From: Desulfatiglandales bacterium
Lineage (GTDB): Bacteria > Desulfobacterota > DSM-4660 > Desulfatiglandales > HGW-15
Reading direction: 5' to 3'
Length of the DNA stretch: 64,000 bases
NCBI GenBank assembly: GCA_963667015.2
Contig: CAXXJJ010000004.1
Span: 2,624,001 to 2,688,000, forward strand
The notes beneath the pieces were generated by a model. It saw only the letters and a program-made list of their open reading frames with translations. It had not been told where the DNA came from and searched no databases. Positions within the stretch are counted from its first letter, which is position 1. Every line of letters starts with the position of its first letter. Both the position numbers and the translations under genes were made by a program. Shown piece after piece: positions 10,588 through 19,083 of the stretch.

Positions 10588-11886
10588 TTACGCCTCTCTA
10601 ATAATTCTTTCAAAAAGGTTAATCAGATTCCCTGCCGTCTTGTTAATATCAAAATGTTCCTCTATTCCTCTTCTCCCTCTTTTACCTAGATCATGGGCTG
10701 ATTGAGGATCAAGGAGCAGTTGAGACAGGACTTCTGCGAAAAATCTGGGTGAGTCGAATTCCACCAGTACCCCGCCGCCGGTCAATTCCATCATCTCAGG
10801 AAAGATTCCGATCTTCGGCACCACTACAGGAACCCCTGCAGCCTTTGCCTCAAGTGCAAAAAGTCCATATGCCGCCTCTTCCTTTTCGGGAACACACATC
10901 ACTGATAGACCAGTTAACCACTGCCTTCGTCCTTCACCAAGAAATTCAGGCAGAAATTCCACATCCCCGGCTGCACCTGCCGTATCAAGTTTTCTCTGTA
11001 AATCCCTTATAAAAGGTTCGTCCGCCTGGTTCTTGCCTCCCGATATCTGCAGGCAGCACTCTTTAAGCTCCGGTTTCTGCTTCAGCAGGATAAAGGCATC
11101 TATCAGGGTATCCAGTCCCCTTTCAGGACACATGCGTGAAAGAAAGCCTATTGTAGGCCTGTTCGGCGGCGCTACAGCGGGCTGATATTCCTTTAAATCT
11201 ATGCCCATATATACAATATGGAGCCGGCCTTCATCCAGATCCAGCCTGGGTGCAATTCGGCCTGCATAGGTTTTACTGACCGATATAAAGGCATCCATTT
11301 CCTTTGAGCATTTCCTCAGGAGCTCCCAGGCCTCACTGCTGTATGGTTCCCCGAGGCCGTCTACAAATGCCTCTTCGTCCTGAAGCAGGCATACAACCGG
11401 AATCTTAAGGCGCTGCCTCAATGCAGATGCCAGACCGCCAAGCAGGACATTGGAAAGGATGATAATATCCGGTTTTTTCATGTCACGGGACAGCCATTCG
11501 ATAAGACGATCCAGTTCCTTGACCTGATGCCCATGCTCCCCCCTGAGCATGGAAATAGTTGTTTCTCCAAGGTCCTTTGAACTGGTCATTCCCGCCTTTT
11601 TTGATAACTTTGAAAGCAGTGACCGGTTATCAAGCACGCTGTCCACCCAGCGGGGTGTCTTTCGGAACAATCCGAGTTTCTGCTGCAGGTAGACATTAAC
11701 CCCTCCATAAAATATCGGGGTATCGATTGACATCTCAGAGGAGTCAAGCTTGATGGGCAGATAAAGGGGGACCATAGTTATTTCATGGCCCTGTGAGTTT
11801 AACGACCTGACCAGGGCCTGATCACGCAGGCAGTTCTCACAGTAAAAATTGTCACCGGATCCGGGGGTTATCTGTATTATTTTCAT
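10588..11886 (-). CDS. Glycosyltransferase family 4 (GT-B)
   Basis: C-terminal EAAYGLFALEAKAAGVPVV (EX7E-type), GFLSR...RGL; N-terminal FYCENC motif. Confidence 0.85.
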   Translation of the reverse strand: MKIIQITPGSGDNFYCENCLRDQALVRSLNSQGHEITMVPLYLPIKLDSSEMSIDTPIFYGGVNVYLQQKLGLFRKTPRWVDSVLDNRSLLSKLSKKAGMTSSKDLGETTISMLRGEHGHQVKELDRLIEWLSRDMKKPDIIILSNVLLGGLASALRQRLKIPVVCLLQDEEAFVDGLGEPYSSEAWELLRKCSKEMDAFISVSKTYAGRIAPRLDLDEGRLHIVYMGIDLKEYQPAVAPPNRPTIGFLSRMCPERGLDTLIDAFILLKQKPELKECCLQISGGKNQADEPFIRDLQRKLDTAGAAGDVEFLPEFLGEGRRQWLTGLSVMCVPEKEEAAYGLFALEAKAAGVPVVVPKIGIFPEMMELTGGGVLVEFDSPRFFAEVLSQLLLDPQSAHDLGKRGRRGIEEHFDINKTAGNLINLFERIIREA

Positions 11887-13079
11887 TTGAAACAGTATAT
11901 CCTTCCGTCGTCACACCCGACCACAATCATACCGTCAGCCACCGCAGGGGAAGAGGTTATCGATTGTCCGGTCTCATAGGACCATATGAGCCCACCGTCT
12001 GCCAGATTTAACATGTACAGACGGCCGTCGCTGCTTCCTGCAAGCACCCTGTCTCCAACGATCACCGGAGAGCTGTCAACCGCATCCAGGGCCGTATATG
12101 TCCAGAGGGCCTGCCCTGATTTACTGTCAATACAATGAATATTCATATCTCCGCCGCCTATAACCACAAGGTCATCTTTAATGGCAGGCGAAGAGATAAA
12201 GGAACCGCTTTCAATTTTATAGCGCCAGAGAATTTTTTGATCAGACAGTGATGCCTTTAATAACTCGCCATCATAGTTACCCACATACACATGGTTTCCT
12301 GCAATGGCTGCGGATGCGGCAATATAGACACCTGTATCAATTTCACCCGCCCCTTTACCGTCTGCAACAGAGATAATATGTATAACAGCATCGCACCCTC
12401 CGAACACACAATATTTTCCGTCCACGGCAGGAGACCCGTTAATGAAATTCCCTGTTTCATATTTCCAGACAGGTTTACCGGTTTGTGCATCAAGGCAGTA
12501 TAACGTTGAATCGTAACTGCCGGCCAGGATATTTAACCTGTCTTCTGAATCCTTAAACCAGTTTGCCCCGCCGATAATTTTGTCTTCTGTAGTAAAATTC
12601 CATTTTTCATCTCCTGTTTCCGAATCCAGGGCATAAAGAGTTCCATTAAGTGTCCCTATATAAACCGCATTATCGATAACAGTAGGGGATGCCTCTATCT
12701 CATCATCCAATAGCTTTAACCAGATCTGACTTCCGGTCTGGACATCGATCGCATATAAATGTTTATCAGAAGATCCCACATATACAATATTATTCACGAT
12801 GGCAGGGGAAGATTTAATTTCGCCTTCGGCCTTGAATCTCCACACTAGTGAAAGCTGATCGGGAAGTTCGCCTGTAGCGAAACCCGTCTGGGCCCGGTCG
12901 CCGTGAAACTGAGGCCAGTCTCCTCCCGGATTGGCAGGTATCAGTTTACCTGCCTGCACATTTTCAGATTCGCCAGAGGTATTCCCTTTAGTGCGATACT
13001 GTTTTATACCCCAGGCCAGGATAAAAACTATTATCACTGCTGTCATTGTCCAGAGCACTGTGCGGAATATGGAATTCAT
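11883..13079 (-). CDS. PQQ/BamB-like beta-propeller protein with N-terminal anchor
   Basis: DWPQFHGD; about eight SSPAI...YxLD.xG..xW repeats. Confidence 0.9.
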   Translation of the reverse strand: MNSIFRTVLWTMTAVIIVFILAWGIKQYRTKGNTSGESENVQAGKLIPANPGGDWPQFHGDRAQTGFATGELPDQLSLVWRFKAEGEIKSSPAIVNNIVYVGSSDKHLYAIDVQTGSQIWLKLLDDEIEASPTVIDNAVYIGTLNGTLYALDSETGDEKWNFTTEDKIIGGANWFKDSEDRLNILAGSYDSTLYCLDAQTGKPVWKYETGNFINGSPAVDGKYCVFGGCDAVIHIISVADGKGAGEIDTGVYIAASAAIAGNHVYVGNYDGELLKASLSDQKILWRYKIESGSFISSPAIKDDLVVIGGGDMNIHCIDSKSGQALWTYTALDAVDSSPVIVGDRVLAGSSDGRLYMLNLADGGLIWSYETGQSITSSPAVADGMIVVGCDDGRIYCFK

Positions 13080-13164
13080 TAATAATTACCCTGCCATTAA
13101 TATAGTATTTACATAAGCTTTAGTACACACATACCTGAATAAAGTGACTCGAACTAAAAAAATC

Positions 13165-13285
13165 TCTCGCTCGTTCCCTTCGGTCACTAGAGATCACAGA
13201 GAGCACATAGGAAAGCATTTTTTGGTTTTAACATAATAATATCTTTTGTTTTCCTCTGCGTACTCTGCGAGCTCTGCGAGACACA
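13165..13285. repeat. Degenerate CTCTGCG-type short-repeat element
   Basis: CTCTGCGTACTCTGCGAGCTCTGCGAG at ~13254-13280, facing CACAGAGAGCACA. A related copy, CTCTGCGTACTTTGCGTCTTTGCGG, lies at ~6536-6560. Confidence 0.5.
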
Positions 13286-13530
13286 TTTTCTTAGGATGCT
13301 GCCTCAATGGCCATTTGAGTCGTTGAATTTTGAAGTATTAAGTATAAAATATAAGAACTAACAGGTAAATATTCAATAATATTTTTATAAATTACAGGAT
13401 CAGGCAATGATTCAAGAGAAATATGTATTCAAAAATATAATAAGGTGCAATAAATTCGATAATAATACTATTCTGACAGCTGACATATCCATTTTTCTCC
13501 TTATATTGATAACTTTAAAGGAATAAAAAT

Positions 13531-14032
13531 ATGAAGATCCTTCGAATACTTATAATATTTACTGTTTTATCTACCTGCAATCAGGTTTTTGCTTCTGACT
13601 GGCCGCAATATCATGGCCCTGACAGAAATGCTGTTTCCACTGAAAAAGGGCTTTTGAGATCATGGCCTGCCGAGGGGCCAAAGGTTTTATGGACAAAACC
13701 TCTGGGTGAAGGGTTCGGAGGTGAGGTGGTCAGTGAAGAAAAGGTATATGTTTATGACCGGGTAGAGGATAAAACCAATATACTTCGCTGCCTGGAAGAC
13801 CGGGAAAAAGCCCGGTTTTGACAAGGGCGGAATGATACTGGTCGATGATATGATTATTAGCAGTGACGGCGAAAAAATGCTATATTTGATCGATCCTGAT
13901 CCGGCAGAGTTCAAGGTGCTGGCACAGGCCGAGCTTCTGGAAACAAAACAGTCCTGGGCGCCACTTACGCTGAGTGACGGTAAACTGCTTATAAGAGATC
14001 AGAAACAGATGAAATGTGTGGTAGTTAAGTAA
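13531..14032 (+). pseudogene. Internally deleted PQQ-type beta-propeller paralogue
   Basis: Signal peptide, DWPQYHGPDRN and N-terminus up to NILRCL are fused out of frame at TGGA (13793-13796) to the C-terminal WKTGKKPGFDKGG...KQMKCVVVK. About 755 bp are missing relative to the 27548 paralogue. Confidence 0.9.
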
Positions 14033-14114
14033 GGATTCAAGGGGTCGAGGGGTCAAGTGAAAAGACTCCTGTACTGTCATTTACAGGGAAATCCAGTCGT
14101 TTTAATGGTGATAT

Positions 14115-14969
14115 ATGTCCGGAAATGAATTGATAATTTACTGCAAATGCATTCACAGGGATCTGGTTTCACCGGAATCCCGTGAGGAAATTTTAAAATG
14201 CCTAGAACAATCCGGGTTAAAGGTCGTGGAGGTTGATGACCTGTGCGGTCTGGCAGCCAGGCAGGACACTGTTTTAAAGGAATGGGCAGAAAACCCCAAA
14301 CTGACAGTGATTGCCTGCTATGAACGCGCTGTACGCTGGCTGTTTGATATGGCGCATGCGCCTCTTCCGGATGACGGCTCAGTATCAATACTGAACCCTC
14401 GAACCCTTTCACATGAAAAAATAATGGAAGCGATCAGAAGCAGTGATCCGGGCGAATCCGGCGAGGCTATGAATAAAATTGAACACAGTGGCAAGCAGGA
14501 ACCCTGGTTTCCTGTAATAGACCGGGACCGCTGCAGGAGCTGCAAGCTCTGTTTTAATTTCTGTCTTTTTGGCGTTTATTCTGTTGATGATCAGGGAAAT
14601 GTCAGGGTTTCTCAACCCGATAACTGTAAAAACAACTGCCCGGCATGTGCCCGTGTCTGTCCGACAAGTGCGATCATTTTTCCCAAGATTGATCAGTCTC
14701 CCATAAACGGAGACAGGGTTGATGATTCTAAAATCCCTGCTTCGCCGGTAAGGCTTGAGGTACTGCAGGAAACCGACATATATACAATGCTGCGCAATCG
14801 AAGCGGCCAGACCCGGCGTTTTTCTCCAGAGCCTCGCAAGCCTGAAAATATGCTTGAAATTCTTCACAAACAGCTCAATATACCCATGGATGTACTTAAG
14901 GCCCTTTCACCCGCCGATTTAAACCGTATTCATAAAAAGGCCTCTTCAGCCGGGGAGGAGAATGAATAA
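14115..14969 (+). CDS. Cys-rich 2x[4Fe-4S] ferredoxin-domain protein
   Basis: CRSCKLCFNFC and CKNNCPACARVCP; the N-terminal domain has additional Cys (YCKC, DDLC, IACY). Confidence 0.85.
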   Translation: MSGNELIIYCKCIHRDLVSPESREEILKCLEQSGLKVVEVDDLCGLAARQDTVLKEWAENPKLTVIACYERAVRWLFDMAHAPLPDDGSVSILNPRTLSHEKIMEAIRSSDPGESGEAMNKIEHSGKQEPWFPVIDRDRCRSCKLCFNFCLFGVYSVDDQGNVRVSQPDNCKNNCPACARVCPTSAIIFPKIDQSPINGDRVDDSKIPASPVRLEVLQETDIYTMLRNRSGQTRRFSPEPRKPENMLEILHKQLNIPMDVLKALSPADLNRIHKKASSAGEENE

Positions 14970-16533
14970 CAGCGCCTTAAAACCTTCTGTTATCCTTGTT
15001 GCAGACAGAACACTGAGTGCACGCTACCGTATCCTGTTCGAGGGTATCTTTGCTACCATGCAGACTACGCAGGTGCCTGAAACCCTTATGCGTCATTTTT
15101 TAAGCCCTAAAGTACATACTGATCCACAGGGACGTGCCCATACCGCTCCCCTGGGACTTCGGCGTATTGAATCATCTCTCAGGGCCACTGCCGGACTTAA
15201 GGCCGATGACATCGTATGCACCACACCGGAGCGACTTCCCGATCTTCTAGGGCCATGGGCAAAACTTGTGCTTTTCAGTTCCAGTGATCCCCTCGGTCAC
15301 GGAATGAGCAATACCACCACAAGCAACTTCTGGAACGGAGAACTCTATACAAGCAAATGGACCAGGGAAGCACTTCTTCTTATTAAGGCCGCTAAAAAAC
15401 GCCATTCCTTCAAGGTTGTATTTGGAGGCGCAGGTGCATGGCAGTGCCTGGCCTACCCTGATGAGGCGGCCGGGCTTGGCATTGATACGGTGTATGACGG
15501 ATATTTTGAAGAATCCGGCCCTGAACTTGTTCTTGATCTTCTTGCAGGCAGGCCCGTAGATTCGCAGGTAATTGCAGGAGGAATCGGAGCAGACAGAATT
15601 CAGCCGATATGCGGTGCATCAATGATGGGAATAATAGAGCTTTCCAGGGGCTGCGGACGGGGATGCCGGTTCTGCAGCATGTCTAAAAAGGGGATGAAAC
15701 ATCTGCCTGCGGATACGATCATGGCGGATCTGGAGACAAACCTGTCAGCAGGATTAAGGTCCGTGGTAAGCGGTAGCGAGGACTTTTTCCGGTATGGTTC
15801 TTCATCGGCCAGGCCCGATTTTAATGCCCTTTCAGGCCTTCTCACACAGATGAAACAGCTTAAAGGTCTATCCTTTATGCAGATCGACCACGCCAATGTT
15901 ACAAGTGTGCTTCAGCTTGAAGAAAAGGAACTCAGGGAAATTCGCCGGCTTTTAACCTGGGAAAAACCTGCCCGATATCTATGGGTAAACATGGGTGTGG
16001 AAAGTGCAAACGGAAGGCTTTTGACTGCAAACAGCCCCGGTAAAATTGCCCCTTTCTCACCCGATGACTGGCCTGAAATGGTGCGAGAGGCAGTCGGCCG
16101 TATGACCCGAACCGGTTTTTTTCCTGTAATCAGCATTATTCTCGGTCTCCCGGGTGAAGAGCCCTCTGATGTGGCAAAGACACTAAGGCTGGTAAAGGAA
16201 CTTACAAACCAGGAGCTTGTGGTATTCCCGGTATTTTATGAGCCGATACTTAAGGAGGAGATAGAATCCCGGAATAAATTTTCCATTGACAGTATGCGTG
16301 CCGATCACCTCGAGCTCTATCGCACCTGTTATGAGATTAATTTCAAACGGGTTCCCAAACTCATGTGGGACAACCAGCGGGCAGGGGGCGTACCCTGGTT
16401 TAAGAGAATGATTCTTCAGGGTATGGGACGGGCAGAGATAGCAAACTGGCGCATGGCTTTTAGAAAAATGGCTAAAAAGATGCAGTCATCAGCAGAAAAA
16501 GGTTTCAGCAACAGCATGGAGAAAAGGATATGA
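14962..16533 (+). CDS. Radical SAM protein with B12-binding-like N-terminal domain, resembling the archaeal GDGT ring synthase (Grs) family
   Basis: CGRGCRFC motif; VILVAD, GRAHTAPLGLRRIESSL, DPLG, FKVVFGGAGAW, GVES, PFSPDDW, ILGLPGE. The Grs resemblance is from recall and needs a search. Confidence 0.8.
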   Translation: MNNSALKPSVILVADRTLSARYRILFEGIFATMQTTQVPETLMRHFLSPKVHTDPQGRAHTAPLGLRRIESSLRATAGLKADDIVCTTPERLPDLLGPWAKLVLFSSSDPLGHGMSNTTTSNFWNGELYTSKWTREALLLIKAAKKRHSFKVVFGGAGAWQCLAYPDEAAGLGIDTVYDGYFEESGPELVLDLLAGRPVDSQVIAGGIGADRIQPICGASMMGIIELSRGCGRGCRFCSMSKKGMKHLPADTIMADLETNLSAGLRSVVSGSEDFFRYGSSSARPDFNALSGLLTQMKQLKGLSFMQIDHANVTSVLQLEEKELREIRRLLTWEKPARYLWVNMGVESANGRLLTANSPGKIAPFSPDDWPEMVREAVGRMTRTGFFPVISIILGLPGEEPSDVAKTLRLVKELTNQELVVFPVFYEPILKEEIESRNKFSIDSMRADHLELYRTCYEINFKRVPKLMWDNQRAGGVPWFKRMILQGMGRAEIANWRMAFRKMAKKMQSSAEKGFSNSMEKRI

Positions 16534-18239
16534 ACGATTCCAATCTTGCATTAATATATAATACAAGACCAACCCAGACAGAGGTGCCTGATACCCTGAA
16601 GGAGCGGGAGGACCTGCGCCAACTCGTTATTGATTATATTCAGAACAATAAGCTTTGCGCCCCGCTTGGTCTTAATGAACTGAAACATCATGCAACCGAA
16701 CTACTGAAACTGAATGGATGGTCGCCTCAATATGTTGATTTCGCGGCTGTCCTCATTAACAATGCCCTCTGGCGAGAGACCGTGGCTGCCATCCCCTATA
16801 ACAAGCGTTTGCTGCTGATGCCGCAATGCCTGCGTTCAGCAGAAAAATGCAGGGCACCGATAGATGAGATAGGTTTGCTCTGTGAACACTGCGGGTCCTG
16901 CATCATACATGATTTTAAGCGCCAGGCCGAAGACCTGGGATATGCGGTACTGATCGCCGAGGGTTCACCAATCGTGATGACGCTTATTGAAACCGGGCAG
17001 ATAGAGGCGGTTGTAGGTGTAAGCTGTCTTTCCACACTGGAGAAGGTCTTTCCATATATGGAGGCAGGCGCTGTACCCGGAGTCGCTATCCCGCTGCTCC
17101 ATGACGGGTGTAAAAATACGGCTATAGATACGGAGTGGCTTTGGGAGGCGGTTTATGAAATATCCGATAATCCGTCCATACCACGTCTTGACCTTAAAAA
17201 GGAACGTGAACGGGTTGATGCATGGTTTACACAGGAGGCACTTGAATCCCTTATTGAGACCGAAGGCACGCAAACCGAAGCAATTGCAATGGAATGGATG
17301 GCCCTTGACGGAAAAAGGTGGCGTCCCTTTCTCACCGCATGCACGGTTTCTGCCCTGACGACGGATACAAAAATTCCTGTGCAGAATATTCAAAGAATAG
17401 CTGTAGCGGTTGAATGTTTTCACAAGGCCTCGCTTATCCATGATGACATAGAAGACGGCGATGAAATAAGATACGGGCAGGAAACCCTTCATGCAAAATA
17501 CGGAATCCCTGTTGCCCTCAATACAGGAGACCTGCTTATAGGATGGGGATATCAGCTTCTATCCGAACTGGATGTTCATGCTGACCTGATTGCTGCACTG
17601 ATTAACAGTGCCTCACATGCACATCGGATCATGTGCCTGGGACAGGGTGAGGAGCTTGTCTGGTCAAAAAATCCCAGATGTCTTTCTTCGGATCAGGTCC
17701 TGGATATCTTCAGGAAAAAAACATCTCCGGCCTTTGATGTTGCCCTGTCGCTGGGAGCTATGCTCTCCGGAGCAAATGATTCGGAACTAGAATGTCTGCA
17801 TCAGTACAGTGAGGCCATGGGTCTGGCATACCAGATCCGTGATGATCTGGAGGACTATCTGGTTCCGGGTGAGGACCAGCACCGGCTGCTGGAACGTCCC
17901 TCTATAATAATGGCACTTGCCACTGAACAGGCACACGGTCAGTCACGTCATCTGCTTATGCGGGCATGGCAGGAGCCGGACGTAAGGGAAACTGAATTTG
18001 ATGTTATAATGGCTCTTTTTAAAGACCTTGAGATTGATAAAAATGCACATGTTCTGATGACACAAACAAAGACCAGGGCTATTGACACACTGACACACCT
18101 GCAGAATACTGCCCTCAAGGGCCTTCTACGCCGGGTAATCAGCAAGATATTCGGTGACTTTGATTTAATGGGATGCTGTAATGACTCTCAGACAAGACAT
18201 GATTCGGACCCTGACCAGGGCTCCACTGCTGCTGAATAA
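16530..18239 (+). CDS. DUF116 - trans-polyprenyl diphosphate synthase fusion
   Basis: N-terminal Cys-rich DUF116-like region (PQCLR...C...CEHCGSC...GVSC...DGC); GKRWRP, first Asp-rich motif IHDDIED, second QIRDDLED, KKT. Confidence 0.9.
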   Translation: MNDSNLALIYNTRPTQTEVPDTLKEREDLRQLVIDYIQNNKLCAPLGLNELKHHATELLKLNGWSPQYVDFAAVLINNALWRETVAAIPYNKRLLLMPQCLRSAEKCRAPIDEIGLLCEHCGSCIIHDFKRQAEDLGYAVLIAEGSPIVMTLIETGQIEAVVGVSCLSTLEKVFPYMEAGAVPGVAIPLLHDGCKNTAIDTEWLWEAVYEISDNPSIPRLDLKKERERVDAWFTQEALESLIETEGTQTEAIAMEWMALDGKRWRPFLTACTVSALTTDTKIPVQNIQRIAVAVECFHKASLIHDDIEDGDEIRYGQETLHAKYGIPVALNTGDLLIGWGYQLLSELDVHADLIAALINSASHAHRIMCLGQGEELVWSKNPRCLSSDQVLDIFRKKTSPAFDVALSLGAMLSGANDSELECLHQYSEAMGLAYQIRDDLEDYLVPGEDQHRLLERPSIIMALATEQAHGQSRHLLMRAWQEPDVRETEFDVIMALFKDLEIDKNAHVLMTQTKTRAIDTLTHLQNTALKGLLRRVISKIFGDFDLMGCCNDSQTRHDSDPDQGSTAAE

Positions 18240-19083
18240 TTCAACCGACCTTGTTCGCGGCTTTCTGCTTAACCATCTTGCGGATGACGGGGGTTTTCTT
18301 GGACGTGACAATAGAAGCGACCTTTATTATACGGTATTTGGCCTTGAACTGCTGATTGCCCTGGATTGTCCTGTACCTGTTGATTCTCTTAAAAAATATC
18401 TTAACGCCTTTGGTCAGGGCCGGAAACTTGACCTTGTACATCTGGCCAGCCTGACGCGCTGCCATGCAAATCTTGCGGATGCAACATCGAACACTATTAA
18501 GCCTGCCTTAAAGGAGGGGCTGGCTGAACGATTACTTGAGCTTCGGTGTAAAGACAGGAGCTTCAGCACCGGAGTCTCTGATGAACACGGAAATGCCTAC
18601 GGCTGTTTTCTGGCTCTTGCCATGTACCAGGATCTTGATATACCCGTATCCGATTCAGGGGCTATCCGGCGATGCCTTGAAACACTGATCATGGATGACG
18701 GAGGATTCGCCAACGAGGTGACCGGTCGGATATCGGCTGTTCCGTCAACGGCCGCAGCCCTTTGCTCCTATTACATGCTTGGCCTTCCCTTTCCCGAAAA
18801 GCCGGTGGAATGGCTCATTGAGCAGATTCATTCTCACGGCGGTTTCTGTGCATTATCAGTAGAAAATCCTTTATGCATGCCGGACCTCCTAAGCACTGCA
18901 ACTGCCCTTCAGGCACTTTCATACAGCCGGAGTAAAAAGATCCAGCGTGAACAGCACCTTGATTTTCTTGACAGCCTGTGGAATCCTCAGGGTGGGTTCA
19001 GCGGAAGCTGGGCTGATCCCACTGTTGACTGTGAATATACATATTACGGGCTCCTTGCACTGGGTTACCTGGCGGATATTTGA
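18181..19083 (+). CDS. Stand-alone prenyltransferase/squalene-oxidase repeat (alpha/alpha barrel) protein
   Basis: Repeated DGGF/GGF motifs, SDLYYT, PDLLSTATAL, DCEYTYYGLLAL; 300 aa, one barrel. Confidence 0.85.
   Translation: MTLRQDMIRTLTRAPLLLNNSTDLVRGFLLNHLADDGGFLGRDNRSDLYYTVFGLELLIALDCPVPVDSLKKYLNAFGQGRKLDLVHLASLTRCHANLADATSNTIKPALKEGLAERLLELRCKDRSFSTGVSDEHGNAYGCFLALAMYQDLDIPVSDSGAIRRCLETLIMDDGGFANEVTGRISAVPSTAAALCSYYMLGLPFPEKPVEWLIEQIHSHGGFCALSVENPLCMPDLLSTATALQALSYSRSKKIQREQHLDFLDSLWNPQGGFSGSWADPTVDCEYTYYGLLALGYLADI

Noticed and set aside
11883..13079. bamB or a PQQ alcohol dehydrogenase
   Set aside because: No lipobox or Bam context; short and without recognisable dehydrogenase active-site motifs.
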